Below the pieces are notes generated by a model, which saw only the letters and a program-made list of their open reading frames with translations, was not told the DNA's origin and made no database searches. A program made the translations under genes and the position numbers. From positions 62,001 through 96,640 of the forward strand of contig JYFJ02000999.1 of the NCBI GenBank assembly GCA_000934665.2: a stretch of DNA of 34,640 nucleotides. Reading direction: 5' to 3'. Positions 13,363-25,980 of this stretch are shown here, in pieces (position 1 is the first letter of the stretch; each line of letters opens with the position of its first letter). This DNA is from Catajapyx aquilonaris. Lineage: Eukaryota.

Positions 13363-15643
13363 TCAAAATGACAATCCTGTGTGAACCAACATGTGTCTCT
13401 TCAAACTAGATGGATCGTTAAACTTCGATGGGCAGACCTGGCAGCCGTATGGTTTTTCGCCTGTGTGAGTTCTAACGTGCATTTTCAAGGCAGGTGAGCG
13501 ATTAAACTTTTTACCACAATAATCACAACCGTAAGGTTTTTCTCCCGTGTGAGTTCTGATGTGTGTGGTCAGAGTAGATGAATCACTAAACGATGCATTG
13601 CAAAACTGGCAGGCAAACGGTTTTTCACCCGTGTGAGTTCGCATGTGTCTCTTTAAATCGCCTGCGTGAATGAAGACTTTTCCACATTGATCACAACTAA
13701 ATGGCTTCTCTCCTGTATGAATCAGCATATGCCGTTTCACTTCAGAAGGCTTAGTAAACTCCTTTTTGCAAACCTGACAACTTAATGGATTCTCTTTTGT
13801 GTGGAGAAGCATATGTCGTTTCATGAAAGGTGACCTAGTGAACTCCTTTTTGCAAACCTCGCAACTGTATGGTTTCTCCTTTGCGTGAATTCTCAAATGC
13901 GCTTTCAAACTAGACAGATCGCTAAAAGTTGCCTCACAATACCGACAGCAAAATGGTCTATGAATCCTCACATGTGTCTCTAAATCAGCTGAGCTCCTGA
14001 ACATTTTCTCACACATACTGCAAGAATGTATCTTCTCTGATTCGTGCAAAACCATATGATTTTTCAAATCTGAAGTGCTCCCAAACTCTTCCTTGCAATG
14101 CTCGCAATGAAACGGTTTCCCTGTGGTCTCTATACTAATATGGCTGGCCAAATTAGATGACGACTGAACTCCCCCGCCAATGTCAGTCCCATAATGTCCG
14201 TCCAGTTGGATAACTTCCTTCCCATTTCCTTCACACACGTTCTCCTCTTCTTGCTGAAAGATGTCAATACATTAGTACCATAATATATTCCTTCCTTTCT
14301 GAGAATATAGGTTAGATAAGCATTTCTCAACTTTTTTACCATTGCAGATGGTACCAAGACAGGCTTTTAAAATTTGTATGGCAAAAATTTCGCTTTCATT
14401 TAATCAAGCTACCTGCGTACATAGTAGACACTGCCAGGGAGCATATACTACATAAGAGGCACAAACTTCGGTCAGCGCCATTGATTTCCGCGTCTCTCTG
14501 TTTGGGGCCGTTGCCAAGACTGGCGGCCATTTTGAAGTGTGGGCAACGCCAAGGAGGTATAAATAGGGTACAGGCAAAAATAGGGTCCGCCATCTTTGAT
14601 GGTTTTGACGGCCATGGCAACTATACATGGCAAGAACACGCGCGAATCAAAGATGCCGGACCCTATTTCAGCCTGTACCCTATTTTTACCTCGTTGGCAT
14701 TGCCCACACTTCAAAATGGCCGCCAGCCGTGGCAACGGCCCAAACAGAGAGACGCGGAAATGTTGTTGTTGGTTTTAAGGGAAATGCCTGGCTTGTATGG
14801 CTCTTTCGTATTGAGCCTTGGCAGCCAGGGGCCAGGAGTGTTATTGACCCTCCTTAGCCGGTGGGGCTGGGTAGGATGAGGATGATGTGGGTTGGAAGGG
14901 CTTGGACGGGGACGGGTGATGAGGGCGCTGTTCTCCCCAGCCGATCGCTGGGCAAGCCAACCGTGTCAGCTGGTTCGACCTGGTGCCTACATACATCGAT
15001 GGTCGGGCAAGCCCTTCGTGAAGACGCGGAAATCGAATGTTGGCGCCTCTTATGTAGTATATGCTCCCTGACACTGCCTTGTGATTTAATTTTGGCATGC
15101 TGTGTAGCTTATTCATTTGATTTAGAGTGATTCAAATGCTCACACACCTGACTGATTCTCTTCTCTGAAATGGCCAAGGGATCGTCCGCACCATCAGGGA
15201 CATCGGACAAGGTAAACGACGCCTCCTCTTCACCCTCCTCCACTTTAATGTCCTGCGCTTCACCTTCCGAATGGTAGTGAGAGGGCGACAAGGCCTCCTC
15301 CTTAATCCACGTCTGCTCCACACCAATGTCCTCATCATCTTCGCAGACATTGTCTTGACTTGAGGAGCCGGGTCCCTTCCAACTATGGATAGAGAAGTTA
15401 TCCTGTATGGAGTGACGCTTGTGATTGTATATTCTTGTAAGGGAAGCCTTCCTAAGGGCGCGAGCCCATGGAATAAAGAATAAACAAACAAACAAGCAAA
15501 TGTCCTCATCATCACACCTTTCTTCGGTCACCTCTGCCTTAACCGGCTTGATGCCCCTTAAGGAATTATAATTATCAAAATAACGTGACATGCAATGGGT
15601 AGTACAACGGATATGCTCACTTCGAATCATCTCCTGCCTCCAT
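13363..15643 (-). CDS. Gene E: acidic-N-terminus C2H2 protein, ~440 aa, 9 fingers
   Basis: Exons 15643-15621 (MEAGDDS, phase 2), 15556-15148, 14253-13363. Canonical TGEKP linkers in the C-terminal half. Confidence 0.8.
14435..15070. mobile_element. Foldback MITE, probably P/Galileo superfamily, in gene E intron 2
   Basis: 26-bp perfect TIR CAGGGAGCATATACTACATAAGAGGC, CA...TG ends, 7-bp TSD ACACTGC (14428-14434, 15071-15077), internal palindrome ~14485-14761. Confidence 0.85.
15340..15498 (+). mobile_element. 5'-truncated non-LTR retroposon 3' end inserted in coding exon 2 of gene E
   Basis: 15-bp TSD AATGTCCTCATCATC (15325-15339, 15499-15513). Ends in AATAAAGAATAAACAAACAAACAA. Confidence 0.8.
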
Positions 15644-15660
15644 CCCGGGCTCAGTTTAGG

Positions 15661-15855
15661 TCAAAATTGGAGGAAATAATGTAGGAAAATCACTTTCGGA
15701 ATGAAAAAGAACGACGCCATCTTGGAAATATTCGAGAGGGTGCGTTCAGAGACTCCCACACTGTAAAACGGCTAACGCGACGTAGCATCGCTGTTATTAG
15801 CAAATCGCTTCTCACAAGTAGCGGTTATCAGTGTACGCTAGTCGTTACTCGTTCA
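15661..15855 (-). promoter_or_regulatory. Gene E promoter/leader with 19-codon uORF (15720-15661, MASFFFIPKVIFLHYFLQF*)
   Basis: ccaagATGGCG at 15720. GGGTGCGTTCAGAGAC, CATCGCTG and GTAGCGGTTATCAG blocks are shared with genes F-I. Confidence 0.6.
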
Positions 15856-16613
15856 ATGAACTGAATTTATCAATTGATATGAAATCAATTTTAATCGCCG
15901 AGTGGTAAATATTATTAAGGCATCCGTGTGATAATTTCGCATATTTTTTTTTCCTTCTCTCTGTCTATGACTTTGGGCAAAAAAAATTATTTCATATACC
16001 GGTACATACATACTTTTAATTATAATTTACACAGAAACATTATAAGGCAAACTGGCCAGTTTATTTCTTCGGCGGTTACAATAATCCACAAAAAATGCAC
16101 CGTTTTACGGACAGGGGCAGAAAATTCTGACACTTGACAAATAGTATGCTTAATAGTATTTAATTAAATGGGAAAGCTTAATTATTAAGCTGTCCCACTT
16201 AATTTGCAAAGGGGGGGGGGGAGGGGGAAACTATCACGTCCATTAATTTCATCAGTAAGGTGTGAGCCTCGAATTATTTCAAAAAATTGTCATAATTTCT
16301 CTAATGGTAAACATGACATAGGCAGACAAATGAAATGGTGATTTTCGATGCAATTTTATTCCATTGCCTAACATTATATAGCAAAAAAAAAAAAAAATGT
16401 AAGTACATAACATGTCAATTAAAAATAATAATTTATTGTACAATCATGTGGCCTAGGTTCTAATCTGCAATGCACAATTTGCATGAACAAATCCAAGTCT
16501 TACATTTACATAGCTTCTAAATGTATTTTTACAAACCTAAAAACTATGTAGTTTCCCTGTGACGCTTTATCATGTCTTTTCCGAGAGATGATGCCGTGAC
16601 AAAATCCATTAAA

Positions 16614-19018
16614 TTAATTTTCTTGCGTATGAGCACTCTCATGCCTTTTTAAAGCCATGGCGTAACAAAACATTTTCCCACACACATCGCAAGAAAAGGA
16701 GTCCCCCCCTGGGTTCCTTCTGATGTGCGCGGTCAGATTAGAAGCATCACTAAATGTTGCCTGGCAAATGGGGCACCTGAACGGTTTTTCTCCCGTGTGA
16801 GTCCGCATGTGCGTTTTTAAACTACTTCCCTGGGTGAAGCTTTGCTCGCAAACAGGACATGAAAATGGCTTTTCTCCTGTATGACTCACAGCATGCCTCT
16901 TTAAAGCAGATGGGCTATAAAACATTTTTCCACAAACATCACAACCAAATGGCTTATCACCTGTGTGAGTTCTAGTATGTCTGTTTAAATCGGATGAGGT
17001 GTAAAACAATTCTCCACATGCATCGCAACCAAATGGCTTCTCACCTGTGTGCTTTCGCATGTGCGTGGTCAGAGTATAAGAGTCCCTAAATGTGGCATTG
17101 CAAATATGACAGCTAAATGGTTTTTCGCCAGTGTGAGTTTGCATATGTACTTTTAAGCCACCTCCCTGAGTGAAGCTTTTCCCACAAATAAGACAAGAGA
17201 ATGGCTTTTCCCCTGTGTGAGTCCTGACATGTTTTCTTAAATCAACCGCACGACTAAATATCTTCCCACAAAGATGGCACGATAACTGCTTCTTTCCTGC
17301 TCCTGTATGCATCAATGTATGTTGTTTCAAATCGGAAGGTAGATCAAACTCTTCCCTGCATATCAAACACCTAAATGGCTGCGCCCCAGAAGTCTCGGCC
17401 ATCTCTCTCGCCACGTGAGTTGTCACATTAAATGGGACACCAGCACTCAATCCTCTTCCATTGGGAGTCCCAAAAGGCACATGCAATTTCTTGACCTCCT
17501 TCAAATTTCCTGCACAGGTCCTTTCCTCTTCTCCCTGAAATATACAAGTATTTTAGTGGAATCCTTCACTTCACATGTGAATGGCTAATTGGCCTCATCA
17601 ATATCACCTTCTAATATAGTTACAAAGTCCTGATGTTGCTTTGAAATCGTGAATAGGAGTCATGATTGTTCTCATTGAACAACAACAAGTTCGAAATATT
17701 TGGATGTACTAATTTAATTGTGAGATTATCGCTGTCAATTGGGCATATCTTGGAGGGCAGCTTACACACCTTACTGATGCTTTTATCTGTAATGTCCAAG
17801 GGATCATCCGCATCTTCAGGTGCATCCGATATGGCGACAGATGCCTCTTCCTCCACCTTAATGCTGCTGATGTCTTGCCCTTCAACTTCTGAATGGTCAC
17901 GAAAGTGCGGCAAGATATCTTCCTCGTAATAACCCTCTTCATTCCCCTCCGTCTTAATGAAAATTGTCTCGTTCCTAAAAGAACAATGATACACTAATGA
18001 ATTGCCAAAATTTGGCGCAAACTGATTCTCATCATCACATAATAATTATATGAAACGCATTCCCGAAACATTGAGGCAGTGAGGTTGCCATGACGGGTCT
18101 GGTATGTAATACCGAAAGACATAATACAGACAGATTAAATTTCCGAAAGCTTTATTACCGAAAATATACGAAGAACATATACCTTTCCACTTTTTTCCCG
18201 TCCGTATTTTATCCCGTCCGTATTTTTTCCGTAGGTATTAGACCCGGGACCGGCCATGACATCAACAGTGATTTATTGTTGCTGATTCACTGTTCCCACA
18301 GCAGCATGGGGACGATGACATTCAACATTATCAAATTGCGCCATGGTAAAAGGCGAAGAATGGACTCTACTGCTACGTAGTAAATAATGGACGGTACATT
18401 AACAAATGAGGTGCAGTACTTGGGATAAAAATGGGCAGCAATAAGTGAACACCCATTTTCATTAAAGAAATTTCAGTGAACAAATGCAAGGCTCAAAAAA
18501 CCAATTTCTAAAACTGGAAAATAATGTTCGAATATCATTTTCCATTGGACCGCCAGGTTTTATTTTTGCCCCACTGTTAATATTACCGTGCTGTTAATAT
18601 TAACAAGTATTACCACTGTCAACAATCACAAATCGCTGTTTTCATTTGCATCGGAACTGTTCCACAACCATAGATTCAGACATACATTTTTTTTTTTTTT
18701 TAACCACGCTGAAAATATTATGATCAACATTTTGGGCATAATAGTATGAAACCAACAAAAGCTTGATTACATAGCTAGTTACTGTGATGTAAAAAAATTT
18801 GTTAAAAAAAAATGTCATGAGCAATATTCAAGCTCAATAATTTCCATCAATTTTCTAAGTACCCGGCAGTCTGTAAGTGCGACTGCCATTCCCACACCGA
18901 CCACAACGACCCATACTCACTCCGGATCATCCCCTGGCTCCATTCCAGGCTCAGATTTGGGCAGAATTTGAGAAAATAAGGAAGGAAAATCGTCTGCGGA
19001 ACGAAAAGGGGCCGCCAT
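16614..19018 (-). CDS. Gene F: acidic-N-terminus C2H2 protein, ~407 aa, 9 fingers (one lacks the last His)
   Basis: Exons 19018-18921 (MAAPFRSADDF...MEPGDDP, phase 2), 17974-17770, 17534-16614. GT-AG, frame continuous. Confidence 0.82.
18095..18252. mobile_element. Small MITE-like insertion in gene F intron 1
   Basis: Flanking direct repeat GCCATGAC (18087-18094, 18253-18260), GGGTCT/AGACCC inverted ends, internal short repeats. Absent from the paralogous introns of G and H. Confidence 0.6.
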
Positions 19019-19205
19019 CTTGGATTAATTATGGGCGCGTTCAGACTTCACCGACTGGTAAACAGCTGGACATAATAGCATCACTGCTATCATAAAATCG
19101 CCGCTACTCCTCACGTGTAGCGGTTATCAGAATAAGCTAGTCGTTACTCTGTCAAATTATCTATTTGATTGGAGTCAATTTAACTCGCACGTTATCGATT
19201 TCGTT
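19011..19205 (-). promoter_or_regulatory. Subfamily-2 promoter module (YY1-like CCGCCATCTT, GGGYGCGTTCAGA, GTAGCGGTTATCAG, DRE-like TATCGATW)
   Basis: Recurs at 22141-22340, 27126-27320 and 31963-32185. Perfect DRE TATCGATA at 32175-32182; TATCGATT at 19193, 22328 and 27308. Confidence 0.6.
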
Positions 19206-19558
19206 AAAACCCTTGCCATAATTTTAAACGACTTTTATTTGCAACTAATTCATTCTAAGTTTATTTCTCCACAAACATTACAGGTAATTTACAATATGCG
19301 TACAATAAAATGTGTAGAAATGTTATTTTAACTCTTCAGGTAAGGGGGCATATGACAAGCATTCATAGTCCTCTTGGACACTATAGTCACATGAGTACAA
19401 AACTCTCTCGCAAATCAGGCAGCTAAACGGTTTTTCTTCCTTGTGATGTTCGCATCTGCTTTTTAACATTATTTCCCTGAGCAAAGCTTCGCTCACGAAG
19501 ATGACATGAAAATGGCTTTTCTCCCGTATGAGTTCGCATGTGTGTGTGTGTGCTTTTT

Positions 19559-22148
19559 TTAACTACGTCCCTGAGCGAAGCTTTGCCCACAAACATGACA
19601 TGAATATGGCTTTTCTCCTGTGTGAGCTTGCACATGTATTTTGAAAGCCACAGCACCAGAAAACTTTTCTCCACACACATTGCAAGAAAATGGCTTCTCC
19701 CATGTGTGCTTTATTCGCATGTGTCTGGACCAAGCAGACAAATCACTAAATGCTCTCTTGCAAATAAGGCAGCTAAATGGTTTTTCTCCCGTGTGTGTAC
19801 GCATGTGCTTTTTTAAAGTACTTCCTTGAGCAAAGCTTCGCTCACACAGTTGACATGAAAATGGCTTTTCTCCTGTATGAGTTCGCATGTGCTTTGTTAA
19901 ACTACCTGCCTGAACGAAGCTTTGCTCACAAACATGACATGAATATGGCTTTACCCCTGTGTGAATCCTCACATGTGTCCTTAAAGAGGCTGAATCAGAA
20001 AACATTTTCTCACAAACATCACAACCAAAAGGCTTCTCGCTTGTGTGAGTCCTCATGTGTATGGTCAGAGTAGATGAATCCCTAAATGCTCTCTTGCAAA
20101 TCTGGCAGCCAAACGGCTTTTCTCCAGTGTGAGTTCGCATGTGTGACTTTAAACCACTTCCCTGAGTGAAGCTTTTCCCACAAATACGACAAGAAAATGT
20201 CTTTTCCAGTACGTGAGTCCTGACATGTTTGCGGGTCCCATAAGACACATCCAATTGCTTGGTCTCCTCTCCTCCCTGAAAGATACAAGTATTTCAGTGG
20301 AATCCTTCCGTTCACATGCGAATGGCTAATTGGCCTCATCGAGACCACTTTCTATAATGGTTACAAAGTGCTGATGTTGCTTTGAAATTGGTAGAAGTCA
20401 TTATTCTCAGTGTACCATGACAAGTTGGAAATATTTGGATGCAATATTTGCAATTTTCACTCCAAAATTGTCATCTGCACATGTTATTTTTAAACACGCA
20501 AACTTGCAAATAACCTGTTGACATGTGAACACTGATGAAATGTATGAATATTTTACATATTGTACAATGAAGTCTCTTTATTCCAGTGATCCCAGCTGAA
20601 TTGGAGAGAGTTTCTTAAATGTACTTTAATGTACTGTGAACTGTGGAAGATTATTATCACTGTCAATAATCAGGATTATCTTGCAGCTGGCAGCTGACAC
20701 ACCTTCCTGGTCCTTTTATCTGTAACGGCCAAGGGATCATCCACATCATCAGGAGCTTCCGACATGGCAACTGAAGCCTCCTCCTCCTCCACCTTAATGC
20801 TGCTGATCTCTTGCACTGGAACAACTGGATGCAGATGAAAGTGTGGCGAGGTGTCTTCCTCAATCCCAATCTTCCAGGTCTCCTCAAAAGTGATATCCTC
20901 ATCCTCACACACTTCTTCTTTCACTTCTGTCTTAATGGAAATTGGCTCCTTCCTAAAATAACAACAATACACGGTACACAATACACAAGTGAACTCTTTG
21001 TCAAAATTAGGGGCAACCGGATAAAGCAGTATCACATAAAATATTACTCGATAAAAAGCTTCCATGGACACAACATATTCATTCCGCACCCACTGCAGGG
21101 GTTGAAATATTCGGATGCAAAGGTGAAATTTGCACACCAAAATTGTCATCTGCACTCCAAAACTGAGCCTTGGAGTGCAACGTTTGCACTCCAATTGGCT
21201 CTCATGGCTATACCCAGTCAAATTAAAAATTAAGCACTCCAAGTAAGCGATTTGCACTCCAGATAGAAGTCTGGAATGCAAACTTTGCATCTGGACAAAA
21301 AAAATGTTAAATTTCGAGCCCTACCACTATGGCTAAGTGGTTTACCATGGCAACTGGTTACCATAACATCACAGTAACGCCAGCACAATGCCATGGTGAC
21401 GATGACATTCAACATTATAAATTCTGCCATGGTAACCAGACGGTGCGAAAAACGGGCTCTACCAAAGAGTTCTGCTATTATATAATAGAATACCTAGAGG
21501 AGGTACTCCCTATCCTTTTCCATTAGACAGGCTGAGGCAGCCGCCATCTTGTTGGAGGTCATATTGTTGTTCTAACAGTTGTCTAGCAACTGGGACAACA
21601 ACCAATAATGACAACTGGGCGACAATTAGTTCAATAATGTCAGGCGTCCGCCATCTTGTTGGAGGTCATATTGTTGCCTGCATTGTTGCCTGCCTCACGT
21701 ACATTTCAGGCCGAGTACCTCCTCTAGGTGTATATATAATATAGCTGAACTCTTTGGGCTCTACTGCTAGTATAATAATATAAATTCGGTAAGTACATTC
21801 AATGAGCAACAATTGAACATAATGCATATTCATAAATTTCAATGAACAAATGCACAACTGTAGAACAAAGTTCCGAAACTGGGAAGAAAATGTTTGAATA
21901 TCATTTCCATGGACCGTCACTTTCGTTTTTCCTTCCTCTTTTTGCCCAACTGGTGGTTGTCAACTACCAGAAATCAGTGTTTTGGCTAAACAACCGTCAG
22001 TGTGTGTGCCATGATCGGTGTCATCCCCTCCCACGATGCCCCATACTCACTTCGAATCATCCCCTGGCTCCATTCCAGGCTCAGTTTTCGCCAAAATAGG
22101 AGAGAATAAGGAAGGAAAATCGTCCGAGGAACGAAAAGGGGCCGCCAT
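19559..22148 (-). CDS. Gene G: acidic-N-terminus C2H2 protein, ~354 aa, 7 complete fingers, premature stop in finger 8
   Basis: Exons 22148-22051, 20952-20703, 20275-19559. Decayed finger sequence continues to ~19400. Confidence 0.78.
21096..21323. mobile_element. hAT-like MITE relic with TGCACTCCA subterminal repeats (second copy ~26350-26574)
   Basis: Ends CAGGGGTTGAAAT / ATTTCGAGCCCTA. No clean TSD. Related fragments at ~20422, 25481 and 31178. Confidence 0.5.
21463..21756. mobile_element. P-superfamily-like MITE (294 bp) in gene G intron 1
   Basis: ~45-bp imperfect TIR CAAAGAGTTC...ACCTAGAGGAGGTACTC, CA...TG ends, 8-bp TSD GGCTCTAC (21455-21462, 21757-21764). Empty site in gene H at 26726-26733. 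Confidence 0.88.
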
Positions 22149-22929
22149 CTTGGAATTCTTTGGGTGCGTTCAGAGACTCGCCTATTGGGAAGCCTTCCAA
22201 TCATATTCGCATCGCGGTTATTATTAAATCGCCGCTATTTCTTTTCCAGTAGCGGTTATCAGATGGCGCTATTCGCTACTCGTTCAAATACCTGCTCGTT
22301 AATTGGGAGTCAATTAAACTCGCACGCTATCGATTTCGTTGAAACCATTCCGAATTTTAAATAATTCTTTTTTGCAACGAATTTATTATAAGTTTATTTC
22401 TCCATAAACAAATACAGGTGTTCAAATAATGTGTGTTTTTTTTTGCAGAAACCTTATTTGAACAAATACAGTATATGTATTTGCTTTTTCCCTAAGTGGG
22501 CAATAATTTAATTGGAGATTACAATACACAAAAGTTTAAGCACTAATTAACGAATATGCACATTTAATTTGCTGTATAGGTATTGATGCATGCATTACTT
22601 GAACCAGCAAGGAAATAACTGCTGAGGACACTCATGCGTATAGCCCATTCTGACTTTCATCACGGAATGCTTTGTCTGCCTCAATGACTCGGGTCATGTA
22701 CATTTTGAAAAGTCGTTGAGTGCAATTTTAATTTTACAGTTTAAACGTGCGCATTAAATGTTTATAATACTAAGCATTAATGGTAATACTGGTGAAAACA
22801 AATCACTTTTGAAACCTATCTCATTATTCATTCACATTACAGTACCGGACTACAATCATATTTAATTTATATGAGGGGTGTGGTGGGAAAACGCGATAAC
22901 CCACAAAAGTGTAATTTTTTCGGGAGGGA

Positions 22930-23263
22930 TCGGCCTACACCAGCGTTGTTCCAGCCAGAGTCAAACGAAACAGGTTAGCAAAAACATTGGCTCGAATATG
23001 AGCCTGACTAACGTCTGTTGTGGATCAGTTGCGCCCCGTTTCAACAGGATCAGCAGTTTCACTTGAGGCCTTTTTAAGAAACCCGAGGTTTCAGTAGAGT
23101 ATCAGCCAAGAGTAGCTCAGAATGAGGCGGGCGATGGGATATGCCAGCAAGCTCCAGGGTCAGAACCGAATTTATTGAGTAATATTATTGTAAGGAGCGT
23201 TTTTGACGAGTCGTGTGAGTCATTGGATTACGTAAGATTATTATGATTATGATTATGATTATG

Positions 23264-23307
<44 letters not shown>

Positions 23308-25980
23308 TTTGTACGTTGGGTTCTGGGAGGAAAGACGGTGTTGCAAAAGTAACACGATCTGCTAGTTCATGGCCATCATGATGTGAGAGAAAAAAAAAGA
23401 GAATAATACGTAAGGAGGAAGAGGACTCCGAACCAAGATGGCAGCCACTGTCATTCGATCTTCTGACTAATTGCAAAAATTACATTATATTACGACTGCA
23501 GCATCTTCAAGGTGGCCCAGTTGGTGAAGATAGTTGGGGCATTTTTGTCGCACTAATCATTTCTTGCCCCGTGAGAATCCCCTGCGATACTTTGAACAGT
23601 TGGTCCTCAAGTCATCCTTCAACACACACGTCTACTGTTTAATCCATTACACAAAATAATGGAATTCACCCTTCGTCCATTCTCCTCCCGATACTTGTTT
23701 CCAATTTACGAGGACTACAACTCACAGGAGGGTCCTGTGATGACATATATCTTGCTCCCACCCACCGTGGAGAATGTGCTGTCCCCGACTGCCTTGCGAC
23801 TCGGTGGACATGTGATCCCACACAGGTCCATCATACTCTCACCCGAGGGTCATCACGGAGGGATGTCGGTGCTGCGTGTAGCCAGCGAATGGATCGCTGA
23901 CTGGAGATGACTGCCTCCTGAGGCGAAGATGGTGGTGCAGCCATGGCGCCAGGGTATACTAGGAGCTAGCAGCCAGGACACACCAGTGGCAGCCAGCCAT
24001 GGCTCTCCAGCGACGCAAGACTCGACCAAGGGGACACGTCAAGCCAGGTGGTCACCCATCAGCAGTTCCAGCCTGGAGAAGCTAGTGAGTGATCTGTTCC
24101 TGGCCGAATTTGGACGTTCCTCACAAGGAGCATCCTTATTTCTTGTGCTTATCTTTTCCTGGTGGCTTGGTCAACGAAAAACTATAACATCAACCTTCTT
24201 GGGTGAAATACAATTTAGTTGATGACACTATAGTGTACAAATGCTTGTGATGGACCACTGCTAACATGAGTCTGGACCTGAATTTTAATGCCTTCTGAAT
24301 ATATCTTTTTACAATCATGACAACGAAACGGTTTCTCTGCGATGCTTGAGCATGCATCTTTTCAGAGAAGATGCCTTAGCAAACATTGAATTTCAAGCCT
24401 GCCCATTAAATGGCTTTCTCCTGAGTGAACTCTGGCATGCTTTTTTAAAGCAATGGCGTAACAAAACATTTTCCCACACACATCACATGGAAACGGCTTC
24501 CCCTCTGGGCGCCTTTTCATGTGTGTGCTCAGATGAGAAGAGTCCTTAAACGTTCCCTTGCAAAACGGGCAGCTGTTGGTTTTTCTCCCGTGTGAGTCCG
24601 CATGTGTGTTTTTAAACTACTTCCCTGAGTGAACCTTTGCCCACAAACATCACATAAAAATGGCTTTTCTTCTGTGTGAGTCCTTCTATGTTTTTTTAAA
24701 TCAGATGAGCTATAAAACCTTTTCCCACACAAATCACAACCACAAGACGTCTCCCCTGTGTGTGTTCTCTTGTGTGATATTAAACTACTTCCCTGAGTGA
24801 AACTCTTCCCACAAATCTGGCAGCCAAACGGCTTTTCTCCAGTGTGAATTCGCATGTGTGACTTTAAACCACTTCCCAGCTGAGTGAAGCTTTTCCCACA
24901 AACATGACATGAATACGGCTTTTCCCCTGTGTGAATCCTCACATGTGTCCTTAAAGAAACTGAAGCAGAAAACATTTTCCCACAAACATCACAACCAAAT
25001 GGCTTCTCCCTTGTGTGAGTCCTCATGTGTGTGGTCAGAGTAGACGAAGCCCTAAATGCTCTCTTGCAAATCTGGCAGCCAAACGGCTTTTCTCCAGTGT
25101 GAATTCGCATGTGTGACTTTAAACCACTTCGCTGACTGAAGCTTCTCCTACAAATACGACATGAAAATGGCTTTCGCCCTGTGTGAGTCCTCACATGTCT
25201 TCTTAAATGAAACGCCCTACTAAACATTTTCCCACAAATACGACAAGAAAATGTCTTTTCTCCTAGGTGAGTCCTGACATGTTTGGGAGTCCCATAAGAC
25301 ACATCCAATCGCTTGGTCTCCTCTTCTCCCTGAAAGAAACAAGCATTTCAGTGGAATCCTTCAGTTCAGATGCGAATGGCTAATTGGCCTCATCGAGACC
25401 ACTTTCTAATGGTCACAAAGTGCTGATGTTGCTTTGAAATTGTGAGCAGAAGCCATGATTATTTTCAGTGTACCATGAAAAGTTGGAAATATTTGGATGC
25501 AGAAATGTGCAATTTTCACTACAAAATTGTCATCTTCACTCCCTTTTTTTAAAACATGCGAACTTGCAAATAATCTGTTGACAGGTGAACACTGATGAAA
25601 TGTATGAATATTTTACATAATATTGTACAATGAAGTCTCTTTATTCCAGTGAGCCCAGCTGAATTGGAGAGAGTTTCTTAAATGTACTCTATAAGTGAAC
25701 TGTGGAAGATTATTATCACTGTCAATAATTGGGCATATCTTGCAGCTGGCAGCTTACACACCTTCCTGGTCCTTTTATCTGTAATGGCCAAGGGATCATC
25801 CACATCATCAGGGGCATCCGACATGGCAACTGAAGCCTCTTCTTCCTCCACCTTAATGCTGCTGATCTCTTGCACTGGAACAACTGGATGCAGATGAAAG
25901 TGTGACGAGATGTCTTCTTCAATCCCAATCTTCCAAGTCTCCTCAAAAGTGATATCCTCATCCTCACACACTTCTTCTTT
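22930..25980. repeat. Recent segmental duplication unit; partner copy ~28760-31690
   Basis: Near-identical intergenic, 3' flank, intron and exon sequence between the units of genes H and I. The G unit also matches H from its zinc-finger exon through its promoter. Confidence 0.8.
23236..23305. repeat. (ATT)n/(ATTATG)n microsatellite
   Basis: Direct reading of the sequence. Confidence 0.9.

Noticed and set aside
14396..14879. Overlapping ORFs on both strands
   Set aside because: They are a by-product of the palindromic MITE.
23228..23476. Poly-Asn ORF
   Set aside because: It is the translation of an (ATT)n microsatellite.
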